Assembly: GCF_040938485.1 (NCBI RefSeq)
Contig: NW_027271045.1
Span: forward strand, 868,001 to 932,000
Source of the DNA: Diadema antillarum
Taxonomy: Eukaryota
Length of the DNA stretch: 64,000 nucleotides
Reading direction: 5' to 3'
Numbering within the stretch: position 1 is the first letter of the stretch; each line of letters begins with the position of its first letter. The translations under genes were made by a program, and so were the position numbers. This document shows, piece by piece, positions 27,118 to 39,159 of the stretch. A model generated the notes under the pieces. It ran no database searches. It was given only the letters and a program-made list of their open reading frames with translations, and was not told where the DNA came from.

Positions 27118-28380
27118 GTGAGTATACAGGGAATAAAAGAGAATATCATGAAATCTAATCTGTTACCACTTAATAGAAAAATCAGTCATGTGATGGAACT
27201 AATGTGATGATCCAATGAATTTGAATTTTCAATTGTCAATCTGGGAAGTAGAGTTTCGTTGTTAAGATGACACATGTCACAACATAGCTTTGTTTGAACA
27301 CAACATGTAATGTAGGGTTTTAGGAAACACAGAACTCAAGCCAAATAGCAATGGACCAAACAACACATTTAAAAACAAACATTTAACTTGTACAGCTGTG
27401 TATACACAAATTTAGTATGTGAGAAATTTAAGAGGATACTCGGTCATAATCAATTTAAACAATTCAGTCGACTACAACCTTCCATTTTAATATACATGTA
27501 CTTTAATATTTGACAGTTCTGAATGTGTTGAAAATTCCATGTGATCTACATGTATAAAGCCTACTTTCTCATAAAGTACAATGTGAAATAAAATATCATT
27601 ATCATTATTGCCTTCATTATTATTAACATTATTGTGCAGATTTTGATGTATTTATGTTTGATTACTTGCATTTGTTGGTTGACTCTCACTTTCATTTTGT
27701 TGCCTCCTCTTGGTACACCTTTTTAGGGCTTGCCGTTTGCTCAGTCCCCCCCCCCCCCCTTACTGTTGCTATTTCACTCTTTTTTCTTTCTTTATCTCTC
27801 TGTTTTTCCTTATCTTGTTTGATGTTGCCTCCCTATTCATCCTTTTCCTTCAATGGTTGCCCCCTTGGTCCTTAGGATCATTACTGACCCTCCTCTGCCT
27901 TTTGTCTGTCCACCCTCCTGCTCTAATTCCCCCTCCTTTTACCTGTTGGGCTCCTTGCCCATGACCTCCTACCCTCTCCTTTTGTTTTCTTTGTTCTGTG
28001 TCCCTAGCCTGTCCCTGACTGTTCTTGTTGTGTGAAGTCCTTATTGATTATGTGATTGCTTTCACTGCCTGTTCGCCATTTTGCCTCTGACGAATCAAAA
28101 GCTCAGGACCCTTTTGACTCCATTTTACTCCATTGGCTCGCCACTATTGGATAAGCAGTTTTCAGCAGCTTTTTTTGCTGCAAATAAAAATCAAAACGGG
28201 TAACTGCAGAAGAAAGATGGCAAGGTTTATTCACATATATGCAAGAAATGACCCCAAATATACCATCATGTATTGTATTAAGTCATGTATAGTACTTCAA
28301 TACATGTAGGGTTGATGTAAACTAGAGAAGTGGTGCAAGTCTTAAAGTTAACCCTTTCACTTTTATTTTCCTTCATTCAG

Positions 28381-29574
28381 GTATTTGAGAATGCCACTGA
28401 TCAGGATGTAGCCCAACAGATCCAAAATCTGTGCCAAGAGTGCAACATTCCCATTGACAGTGTTGCTGGTATAGTGTTTGGTACCGATGGCAAGCAGTCC
28501 ATTCCTGACATCTCAGAAAGGCTGAAGATTCTGAAGTCTATCTGCTCCTTTCTAAATTGGGAGTGCAGACCCTGTGCAGGGGAAATGCTCGAAATATCTG
28601 TACAAAATGCTCTGAGTATCCAACCTGTTGCAGAACTTATTCAGGCAACAGGACGTCTGATCATCCACTTGACAATCAACAAGGATCTGAATGACAACCT
28701 TTGCAAGGTGCTGAAGAGATTCAAGCAGTCAGCAACACTGAGCATGTACAATTGCACCAATGGCTGGCTCTCAGTATGTGACATGTTTGTCAAGATTTCA
28801 GAGATGCACAAGGCAATCATGGAGGTTCTTGATGAAAAAAATGAACATAATCTAACTGATGGCCAGTGGCAGTTACTGCCCGAGTTGGTAGAAGCTTTGC
28901 AAAGTATCAAAGCAGCTGTTGCTGTCATGAGTGACTCGAGGAACAAATCTGGATCATGTTGGTTGCCAGTGATGCAGGGTGTTCTCCAGCACATTCAGTC
29001 CAGCGATGGCAAGGAGATATCTGAAGAAGCCAAGGCCTTCCGTGATGCTCTGAAAAGGGAACTTAACATTCGCTGCGAACTAGATGAGATTCTTCCCAGC
29101 TCCCTTACGATGCAAGCATCTGTCATTGATCCACGCTTTCACCACCTTCGTTTCCTCTCAGATGAGGACCGCACCCCAGTCATTGACGAACTCAAGAAAC
29201 GGCTTGTTGGAATGCCCACAGAAGAGCAGAAGGGTAATGATTCTAATGCCCAGGAGGAATCTCCATTCTTCAAGCTCCTTGGAGAGGATGAATTCAACAA
29301 GAAGATGGTCAAGCCAGAAGATGAAATTGATCTCTTTCGGCTCGAGCGTCCAGTTTCTCGCGAAACAGATCCCCTTAACTGGTGGCGGCTTAATGAGAAA
29401 CGATTTCCTGGTCTTGCAAGGCTTGCTAGGGCAATCCTGTGTGTGCCAGCTGCAGCCTCGCCAATCAATAAGACTTCAGAGAAAGTGGCCAGTTTGGAGA
29501 ATCGCAGACGCCTAGAAGCTGCTCATGTGGATGCTCAACTCTTCCTCCACACAAACTTGGAACTTTTTTTGTAA
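28381..29574 (+). CDS. ZBED1-like gene B, exon 3 of 3: core, insertion domain and hATC region, stop codon
   Basis: Acceptor ttccttcattcag|GTA at 28381, in frame with ORF 28330-29574. Encodes PCAGEMLE, NGWLSV, LTDGQWQLL, SVIDPRFH, PLNWWRLNEKRFPGLARLARAILCVPA and AHVDAQLFLHTN (cf. human ZBED1 AHVDEQVFLYEN, recalled). Spliced ORF is 247+67+397 = 711 aa. Confidence 0.9.
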   Translation, partial: VFENATDQDVAQQIQNLCQECNIPIDSVAGIVFGTDGKQSIPDISERLKILKSICSFLNWECRPCAGEMLEISVQNALSIQPVAELIQATGRLIIHLTINKDLNDNLCKVLKRFKQSATLSMYNCTNGWLSVCDMFVKISEMHKAIMEVLDEKNEHNLTDGQWQLLPELVEALQSIKAAVAVMSDSRNKSGSCWLPVMQGVLQHIQSSDGKEISEEAKAFRDALKRELNIRCELDEILPSSLTMQASVIDPRFHHLRFLSDEDRTPVIDELKKRLVGMPTEEQKGNDSNAQEESPFFKLLGEDEFNKKMVKPEDEIDLFRLERPVSRETDPLNWWRLNEKRFPGLARLARAILCVPAAASPINKTSEKVASLENRRRLEAAHVDAQLFLHTNLELFL

Positions 29575-31019
29575 AGGCAATGTTTTTTCCGATTGTCAAA
29601 ACGGTTTAAGTTGTCAGGATATCTGTGTTCAGATGTAGCTCACACACTGTTGCTGCAATATTTTGTGGTGAATCATCACTCATGAGCAGCAAGAGCAGGG
29701 TTTTCAGATTTTTGTACAAATTAAGTACTTTCTTGACTCTGAAACATATGCTTAAAGACTAGTTCTCAGCTCTAAATAAACATCATCCATTACAACTTCA
29801 ATGTAACTCTGAAAGTCCATTATCAATTACTGTGATGTCTAACAGATGGGCAAAGATTACACTGAAAATAATCATCCCAGACAGCTGTTGAAAACTTACC
29901 AACATTTCAATTTCCTGAAAAGTTGTTTTTTTGTTTTTTTTTTGTTTTAAATGAAAGGATGCAGTTTACTGTGAATTCAATTTCTTCTTAATTCTTTAAA
30001 TTCAGATTAGAGCAAAGGAGAACAAAAGAGGGCCTAAAAATCTAAGGGCTAATACAACATTAGATATATGGATTTATAATCTGTTAATGGCAGAAATTGA
30101 TTAACAAACTTGCTAATGGGTTGGAGTCACCTGCACCAGCAGTGTATGTAACCCGACATGTGTGTGTTTATGTAGCAACCTGTGGACACATGTTAAAACA
30201 AAACTTTGTTACATAAGAAGAAAAAAATCTTGTGGACAGAGTATCATTTTAATAAGGTTTGTCTGTACAAGGCTCTTAAAGTAGAAAGACGACATGAATG
30301 ATAATCATTGGTCAGTTGCCAAGCAAAATTAGGTCCTTTGCTACTACAGGCTGATTGAGTTGGCTGAATTTCTCTGTTCTATCCAAAACTTCAGTCCACT
30401 TTATCATTACATATCTTTTATGCCAATACAATACAGAGGTGGACTCTCGTTATGACAAAGTTCTCTTGACCAACAGCTTTCTTTTGTTATATCAAATTTC
30501 GTTATAGCCAAACAAATAATAAAAAACAGAGAGTGCACAATGTTGCGGCCTGAGTTTTTACTTCATTGTAACTGGAATATTGTTATTTTTACCATGTTCG
30601 TTACAATGGGAGTGCACGGTACATTCAAATTTTCAAATGTTCAATATAGTTTTGATAATTTGTGATATTGTAATTTTGATGCTAAGACCTGGTTTTTACA
30701 TAGGATAAGTACAATGTAACATAAAATGTCTGATTTCATTAGTAAACTCTACTAGACTTTTTGGATGTTTGTCATCATTGGTGCATGAATTGCATAATCA
30801 TCAAAAGAATGAAAGTGCTGATGCTACATCTTCCCGCAGACAACGGCAGTTCTGTTTCAGGCCACTTGTGGACAGTATAGGATGGACATGAAACAATGCG
30901 ATGGGACGGGATGGGTAAACTTGACAGGCCGTTATTACCCTGTAGGCCATGTCAGACTTTTAAACTGTCAGAAAATTTGCCAAAGCAGTCAAAGTGCTGA
31001 TGAGAAACCTAAGAGGCCG

Positions 31020-31276
31020 TAATAAATAATAATAATATAATAATAATAAGGTCTTATTTACCCAGGGTAGCCTCTTCAGTGTTGCCACTGCTCTACCAGA
31101 GGGCCCTGCTATTATTATTACCCTAGCGTCGCCAGGTACCCATTTATACTCCTGGGTCGAGAGGGACATTGTGGGTAAAAATATCTTGTCCAAGGATGTA
31201 AGCACTGGGCGGGATTAGAACTCACGGTCCTCCGTTCGGGAGTCGGAAGTCTTATCCACTATGCCACAGCACCCCC
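31020..31276 (-). mobile_element. tRNA-derived SINE (SINE2) with CORE-like central domain and (TAT)n tail
   Basis: Minus strand reads GGGGGTGCTGTGGCATAGTGG (A box)...GAGTTCTAATCCCG (B box), then CCTTGGACAAG...CTCGACCCAGGAGTATAAATGGGTACC, ending in TTATTATTATTAT. Confidence 0.85.
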
Positions 31277-31585
31277 ACAATAAAACGGGGTGAATGCAGC
31301 AAAGTGTGACAGCTCATAATTGGACATCACAAAAATTTGAGGCATTCTGTAGTTGGCCACAATGAGCAATATGTGCAGTCTAGCCTAACCAGATGCTGTG
31401 AGAATGTGAACTCAGAACTGAAATGCTCTTTTGAGCAACAACTGGATTGAATAAGACTAGATTACAAAGGTGGGGGGGGGGGATAATATCTTTCCTACAG
31501 TACCCACAGCATAGTACATTTCAGGCAAACAGGGCTGCCATGGCCGCTGGGAACATGGTGTAAATGTAGCATTAGAGAACAGATG

Positions 31586-31888
31586 CAGAGACTCCAACTC
31601 TCCCGTTTTCGACGGGAGATCTCCCGCCGAAAACCCATTTTTGCAAAATCTCCCGTTCTTCCGCTTGAGATTTAATTTCTCCCGCCCTGGCTCTTTGTCT
31701 CCCGTTGGAAAGGATTTCTTACTTATTTCTATCGTATGTTTAAAAAATAAGCCTTAGGTAGCACCAGAAAGCATCTAGAACCCTAGGAACTTCGCGCTTC
31801 GCACACATCAAGTTGGAGTCTCCCGTTTGCTAGGAGTTTCAGGCGGGAGAATCTCCAGATCAGAAGGTGCTTTGGGTTGGAGTCTCTG
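31586..31888 (-). mobile_element. MITE with 6-bp TSD (hAT6-like), copy 2 of the pair
   Basis: CAGATG|CAGAGACTCCAAC...GTTGGAGTCTCTG|CAGATG: perfect 13-bp TIR and 6-bp TSD. Confidence 0.88.
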
Positions 31889-32248
31889 CAGATGGATCTT
31901 CTGTCCACCACAAAATACAACTCGTTCTTTTCAAAGCACAGAATTACATCAAAATTTAACAAAATATATTACATTGTATAGCTCCTTGGCATGACAGGCA
32001 CTCCATGCTGTAGATTATGGCATACATTACTATTACCCTGCTCATTTGGGGGACTTCATACATGTACAGTAGCTCTCAATCATGTTTTGTTTGCACATTT
32101 CATTTGTACCTATTAAGTGATGTACACTACATGTATTTAGCTTGAATATCTTAGGATGTCAAGTCTGACAACTGGTCCCCACAGTCAGTCTGCAGGATGA
32201 CGTGTGAGTTGTACAGCAAACTTTGTTGAAGAACCAAATGTTAGATAA

Positions 32249-32384
32249 CTCCTCAACGAGGAAGCCCAGTTTGACAGCCATCGGAGATATAGAAGTAATC
32301 TTTTCCTGGACGATGGAGACAAACGGAAGGATGAGGAGGGCATCTTTCTTGTGGCACAGAATTTGTTGCCACAAGAAGGATCTC
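32249..32384 (-). pseudogene. HELQ: Isolated frameshifted fragment of a HELQ-type Ski2-like helicase
   Basis: EIL[+1 nt][42 protein letters not shown] aligns to recalled human HELQ [45 protein letters not shown]. No splice sites flank it and no Walker A (GKT) lies upstream. Confidence 0.75.
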
Positions 32385-33057
32385 GTCCTCATGTCCTCCT
32401 CATGATAGATAACACATACAGTGTATTACATAGTTTTGGTAAACAATGATGGTTTACGTTGCAGACATTAAGAATGTCTTTGGGGCATACTTCAAGTTAC
32501 TGGTTGCTATCACTGTTCACTGTAAGATATTTTTCATGGGCCATTCTGCCTTGGTGTAATGAAAGTGTTCACTCAAGATTTTTATAAATTTTTCAAAGCA
32601 TTGTTTGTAACATAAAATTGCATCAAATCATACTTACACACTGTACATAATAATTCAACAAAGAAACAGTTAATTTGCTGTGTTGTCTTACAGTTGATAA
32701 ACCATTTTGAAGAGAAAGAATAATATATACTCTGTTAAGCCTAAAGTTAATGGCTATGAGAAGTACTGTATAACATTTCTGGCAGGGTTGTCCAGAAGAG
32801 ATTGTTTCAGTAGGTCATCCAGAAGAAGCAATATAAATTTGTGTGGCAGTCTACAGCTCCTTTGCCAAAATTTGACAAAATACTTAAAAAAGAACAAACT
32901 TTGCAGTGTGTCAAATACATTGTATGTTGTTGACATTCATGCCAAGAGAATTGTATGTCTCTGCCTTGAAGGATGTTGGGTTGTCTCTGTGTGTTGGCTG
33001 GCCAGCTGTAAGATCTTGCTAAAAAATTCCTTCGATTTTTTTCCCCCCTTTTTGCTA

Positions 33058-33587
33058 CAGTGCACTCCCGTTATAAGGAAATGCTCGGGACCGGCAGTTT
33101 TCTTTCGTTATAACGAAATTTCGTTATAACCGAACAAATACAATATGTATATAACGAAAACAAGGAAACCACGTCCTGTTTGCTGAAGACTCATCATACA
33201 CTGGAAAGCTATGTGAAATGTGATGGGATAACTGTATTACAATAATAAACGCAAGTTCCCCTCAGAAGCTGTGCGTGACACATGGAGCGAATACACAGTG
33301 GTGTGAAGCGTTCACCCATGCAGAGACACTATAAATGCTTGTTCCGCTATATACATATTTTCGAAAGTAATTCGCATTTCGTTATAACGGAGCACATTTC
33401 TTTTGTTTTTCTTTGTCTGTGGCTCTCGGAAAAGACTTCGTTATAACGGAAATTTCGCTATAACCGTGTTCGTTATAAGCGAATTTTGTACCATAGACTT
33501 TAATGGTGATAATTTTGGGACCAGGAGAATTACTTCGTTATAACGAAATTTCGTTATAACCGTGTTCGTTGTAACGGGAGTGCACTG
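33058..33587. mobile_element. Tc1/mariner (pogo/Tigger-type) MITE, TA TSD
   Basis: TA|CAGTGCACTCCCGTTATAA...TTGTAACGGGAGTGCACTG|TA, with many CGTTATAAC subterminal repeats. A decayed copy lies at 30434-30619. Confidence 0.85.
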
Positions 33588-34264
33588 TACTTAGCCCAGC
33601 TCTGTGGCATGATAAGGTTTAGATGTGCTGATGAGATTTTTGGGAAGATCCTTTAAGGTCACTGGTCATTTAACTTTAACTAGAAAAAAAAAAAATCTGC
33701 TGTAACTTTATCCTTGAATTTCCAGTGGTAATATTATGGAGGAAGGATACAACTGAATCAACAATGTTATTATTCCAATGAAATGACTGAGATAAATGGT
33801 CACTGTGCTAATTGCAAAACATGTCACTTTCAGTCATTACTTCAGCTAGCAGTTATTTGCATAAATATGACAAGACAGAAGTGTAGGGTTGATGAGAAAA
33901 GTCAATTTAACTTTAATCAAAAATATCATAACAAGCCATATCTTTAGTCAGGTATGTCCAAAGGTGTGAGCTTCTCCATACTCATGTGTAGGTTATGGAT
34001 CTGAAGTGGTTAGCATGATCACTTCAGATTTCCTCTTGTTTATTGTAAGGCCAACTTGCTGTGCAAAGTAGCAGAGACATGATGTTTTTTCTTGCCTGTG
34101 TCAGCGAAACGTGTGCAACCAGATCCAGATCAACAGAAAAATCAAGGTTCGTTCATGGAAAAAAAAAAAAAAAAGGTCCAGCATACCTCTAGTTGTATGT
34201 GCCATTGTAAGGCACATTACCCAGTCGATAGCAATACTAACAGCACACAACCTTGTCTGACTGA

Positions 34265-35579
34265 TTTTTATTATGCCTCCGCCATGAAGTGGTGCCGGAG
34301 GCATTATGTTTTCGGGGTTGTCCGTACGTCCGTCCGCTTTCGTTTACGCGATAACTTGAGTAATATAGACTTGAATTCTACCAAACTTGGTCCAAGTATA
34401 AAGTATGATGGGGCAATTAGTTGATTCGATTTTGGGTGAAATCCGCCAAAGATCAAAGGTCAAGGTCAAATGAAATCGTATCCATTTACGCAATAACTCA
34501 AGACTGGATCGAGCAAATTTCACCAAACTTTGTCGGACGATGATGTATGATGAGACAATTACTTGATTAGTATTTTAGTGAAATCAGACTGAGGTCAAAG
34601 GTCAAAGATCAAGGTCGAATCCTGAAATTTATATGTTTACGTGATAACTCAATACTGGATGAAGCAGCTTTCACCAAACTTGGTCCAAGGATGATGTATG
34701 ATGGGACAATTAGCTGAGTAGATTTTAGTGACATTGGCAAGAGGTCAAAGGTCAAAAGGTCAAGGTCAAATGCTAAAAATGTTGCTATTTCCCAATATCT
34801 ATGCATTTGCCTAAGGTGTTTTCTTGAAACTTGGTGTAGACATGTATTACTGCGTAGATTCTCCAGAGAGTTTCATGTCATAAGGTCAAAGGTTAGGTGA
34901 AAATGTTGTAATATCACTTTTCTCACAAATGGTTCAATGTATCTTCATGGAACTTGGTACATACGCATGTACGGTTGTACTGACTGGCAGAGATTATCTA
35001 GGGAATTTAGGGGTCATAGGTCACATATAGTCATGGGGTCAAAGGTCAAGGTCAACTCCTCAATATTTTACTATTTCCCTCATACACTAGTATATCAAAT
35101 GCTTGCATTATTAGTTTTCAAACTTAATATATACATGCATTACCTAATGGAGATTCTCCTGGAAATTTCCAGCCAGAATGTCAAAGGTCAAATGTTAAGG
35201 TTCAAAGGCCAGGTTTCAATGCCCCCCCCCCCAAAAAAAAAAAAAAAAAAAAAAAATCTATTTTGTACTGTAATTACACTCTTTCTTCATACCTTGGAAA
35301 TTACTCAATGCACAAACTTATAAAAGGGTCGGTCAGAATTCAAGTAAAAATTCTCAATTCCCCAAACATGTGTACCTGCACTCTTCGACAATTATAGCAA
35401 ACCCAGTTCAAGGAAAGTGAACATTCAAGTCATTTCTGACAAACCTGTCATATCAATATTTTGCCAGTTATGTGAAACTGTCATGGATCACACATTGTGA
35501 AGAGATTGTACTATACGCCTATTGGGAGAATCATGCATTATGGCGGAGGCATCAGTCGCCATAGCGACATTTCTAGTTT
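34265..35579 (+). mobile_element. Helentron-associated interspersed element (HINE/DINE-1-like)
   Basis: T-run start; 5' subTIR ATGCCTCCGCCA with nearby inverted copy CGGAGGCAT; (GTCC)n microsatellite; internal GGTCAAAGGTCA repeats; 3' subTIR TGGCGGAGGCAT; stem-loop GTCGCCATAGCGAC; ends in CTAGTTT. Confidence 0.8.
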
Positions 35580-36975
35580 GTAATGCCGGAATACTCGGTT
35601 CTGTTCCCTGCCAGCATTTGAAGTTGGCATAGAAGGTATTAATGAAGTCCACTACTTATAAAAGCTCTGGGATTTCATGCATCCTTGAAATGTTCCAGAG
35701 GCCTTCTCAGTGTATGTTATAGAAGGCCATTTCAAAGTTGACAAAGTGATAGATACTGTATTTGCTTCTGCCATTTTGTACATTGTTCTATGATGTTTCC
35801 AAATGCAAGTACAATTGTACCTTGGGTATCTTGTCATCGCATCCCCTTCCCTTTACAGAATCCTGCCTGGTTATTTCTTACCTGAGCTCAGGAAATTTGT
35901 GCTGTACATTGCTCTATATGTGTAACTTTAATGATACATGTACTTTCATTTGGTGTAATGGGTAGAAGTAACCAAAAATTTATATTATTTAGGGAGAGAG
36001 GGTTTAAGGTCTTAAGTCAAGATCACTAAACTTGAAATGTACAGGTACATGTAGGTGAAGAGTAATTATCAGCATGTATGACAGATAGTGATTGCCTGAG
36101 GTGTGGAGGCAGCCCAATCTATTAAACGTGTGTGTTGCACTTGAGTTACTAAAGTTATCCCGTGTGGTAAGGTTAAGATAGCACGAGAGAGTATCTCTGT
36201 CAAGGGAAATTTCACTCTTGTACTCTCAATTCAAACACAATATCAAATACTTTTGTATAATCTTCTCTGCAACTCGCTATTAAATGTCAAGCTGTGGACC
36301 ACCCTGCACAGTATTGCTGAACATGTTTGTTATAGTTCTACTACAATCTTTAATTCATAACAGGTTTAAATTACTTGATTGTAATTTTCAGCCAGCCTGT
36401 TACTAGCAGTCTTCAGTACTCTGGCTGACATCTGTGGAGACTACATGACACAAAATCAAACTGCTTTAGTTTAGTTATGCTATTTTATGCTTGTGAACAT
36501 GTGTGTACCATTGATGATTTTGTAATTAAAATGTCACAGGAAGAGTAACTGACTGGTGCATATGAGTTTTCATTTACTATTATACAACTTTACATAGTAA
36601 AATGGTGACATGGATCCTAATCAAATGATTGACTGAGAGCAGTCATGTGACTAGTCTTTCATATTGCCTATCGACTACTAACGACTGCTCAGAGATGTCA
36701 TCGCTCAAATGCTTGACTTTGTTCATTCAGTTGTGTTTCCCGTACTGTGCTCACTGACATCACAAATGTATGCTTTTAACAGCGTGCACTCAATCACGTA
36801 TTTATTGTTAACAACTTTTAAATTTGTGTTCAGTGTGTTTGGAATCATTGCCTCAAACATCTTGGCTTCAGAGCAAGTTCAACATGTAGCTGACAGGTAT
36901 TTACCCTTAACCCAAAAGGTAAATGAAAAATTGTTCTTTGAACCATTTTATAAACCAAGTTATGCACAGGTTTAA

Positions 36976-37540
36976 AGGACAAGATCAGCCTAATTACATG
37001 TACATAGGGATTGCGAGAATGCAGCTATATTAGTACACACATCAGTGAAAGTTTGAGGAAAATTTGACAATCTGTTCAAAAGTCATGAATATTTCAAGTG
37101 TTAATGCTGCCATCACTGGATGAGAAGACTACTACTGTTAACAGCTTGTGATGTCACAGGCATAGAATAATCTAAAGAAAAGATAAAAATAATTCAACAT
37201 ACAATGTATTTTTACTTTTCTCACATAATAAAAGAGCACCTGACTTGCCTCTTTCAGAACACAGAGGGAAAATTACTACCCATAACATATGTCAGTAACA
37301 AGTCAAGGAAATGCATACTTAATTTTCCTTACATTGTATATATTGCTGTATGCATGATGTGACATCATATACTGTACCTTAGTCTTCCCATCTAGCAGTG
37401 ACTGCGCTGAAACTTAGAAATTCATTTCAACTTTTAGACTGATTGTCGGATTTTCCACAAACTTTCACTGATTAATTCGGCTAATATTGCTGCATTCACT
37501 CGATCCACATGTACAATTATATATTAAGATGAACTTGTCC
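36976..37540. mobile_element. Kolobok-like MITE, same family as 19913-21012
   Basis: TTAA|AGGACAAGATCAGCC...GATGAACTTGTCC|TTAA. Shared internal blocks ctggatgagaagactac and cttgcctctttcaga. Confidence 0.78.
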
Positions 37541-38253
37541 TTAACCCTAACTAGGCCAGGCTAATGATAGTGTGTGTGTGTGTGTGTGGGGGGGGGGGAC
37601 CTCCCAGGCCCCCTCCAGATCTTTGCTGTCGACTGCATGATTACACATACATTGCCCGTGATGTAATCTGCAAAACTGAGGAGTTGATTTACAATGGAAA
37701 AAAGTATATGTGGTAATTTATTATGCTAATTTTGAACAATGTACACGACTGTATGCATGAAATCAAACTTTTTGCTGTAAATCAGTTGCAATTGTAAAAA
37801 AAAAAGTGCCATCAAAATGAATTTCTGAAGTATTGTATTTTCTTTTTTTTTACCTTCTCTATGTATTCCAATGTTTTTTCATGTTTTGCTTTTTATTTAT
37901 CTTTTTAAGATGAATTTTGATGTAGGCATTTCATGAAGCGTTTTGTGCTACAAATGCGTCATAGCTCACATCTGTGAAAAGTTAATAAGAGTACACCACA
38001 AAACTGAGTAGACCCTAGAGCCCTTACCAGGGAAAGTTCCTTGACCTTTTGTTCTTGTTGGATTTTAATATCCATATTCAAATTTGAACGCTGATTTTAG
38101 GTTATGTACCTGTGATGCTTGTTTGGTGGTCATAGCTCAAAGTCATACATAGAGAGTAGACCAAATAACCTGTTGATGACTTTGACAACGGCAAAGTGAT
38201 GCCTACACTGTATGTCTCACTTCTGTTAAGCAGGCAGATAGAAACTGTCTCTG

Positions 38254-38378
38254 GGGGGCATTTCATGAAGCGTTTTGTGCGACAAACCTGTCGGCTGATC
38301 AGATGCAAGGATTTCAGTAGCCTAGAACAGTTTGTCAGAAAAAAAATTTCTTGACAAAACACCTAATGAAATGCCCCC
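38254..38378. mobile_element. Harbinger-like mini-MITE (CTG TSD)
   Basis: CTG|GGGGGCATTTCAT...ATGAAATGCCCCC|CTG. A partial copy of the left end lies at about 37925. Confidence 0.72.
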
Positions 38379-39159
38379 CTGGTCAACACTTGCAACAATG
38401 CTATGAATTATAATCATCACTCCTGCTTGTGAAGACGTTTTTCAATTCCCCCCACATTCCAATTTGAATGCGGTACAGTGAGAAAGAGCTGACCACGCAG
38501 CCCACATCAAGTCGCATGAGACACACGAACACACACACACACACATAAGTTAGTTTACATAAGACGCAATCACACACACCTACTTCAAGTGGTGCCTGCA
38601 TGCAACATGTTGAATCATGGATATAAATACCATAGAGAACTGAACCACACTACTAATGATTGAGTGTTCTTGTCGTGTCTTGTTATAAAGACAAAAATAC
38701 CCGTCAACTTAGACAGAACTTCCCCAGTTTGGAGGAAGAACTCGTGTAGACATGGAAATAGTCGACTTGCAAAAATGTAGACAAACATACAGGATTTCAT
38801 AAGAATGAATTCAGTTGACTTATGCAATTTGGCAACTTACGCAATGTCAAATTGTGCAAGCTTTACTGTCCATTAACATCAGTATTAGGCCCACGGGTAT
38901 ATGTATTGGAGATTCTGCCATCAAAGTGCACGTAACAGTGGTGCTTTGGCAGCAAATGACTGATCTTACTTTTGACAGAGCATGTGCAGGTCAGTTTGGT
39001 ATGAACCAAAAATATCTCACTTGAATACATTTTTATCAAAGCAGGCATTCCTTATCCCATTGTTTACTGACCTGTTTCCAATCATAAATTAACATCAAAG
39101 TAAAAGTATGTACTTGTTTCCCAGTACATCCTCTTATATAATCACAATAATACACTCAC

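Noticed and set aside
5153-29515. Antisense or alternate-frame ORFs overlapping genes A and B (e.g. 5153-5494, 8599-8838, 18803-19222, 28641-28994, 29139-29468)
   Set aside because: Expected shadows of real coding exons; no recognisable domains or splice support.
220-29574. Genes A and B as autonomous hAT transposons driving the local MITEs
   Set aside because: Catalytic motifs are degenerate, multi-kb introns are present, and no TIRs or TSDs were seen around either gene.
31200-31276. tRNA gene
   Set aside because: A and B boxes are present, but the sequence runs into a SINE core and (TAT)n tail and lacks a full cloverleaf.
33058-33587. CRISPR-like array from repeated CGTTATAAC motifs
   Set aside because: Eukaryotic DNA; the motifs are short, irregular subterminal repeats of a TA-flanked MITE.
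36860-36906. Possible next NUB1 exon starting G GTA AAT (W-V-N)
   Set aside because: Weak AAG acceptor; the frame reads VNTCQLHVEL...RQ* and hits a stop with no UBA motif.
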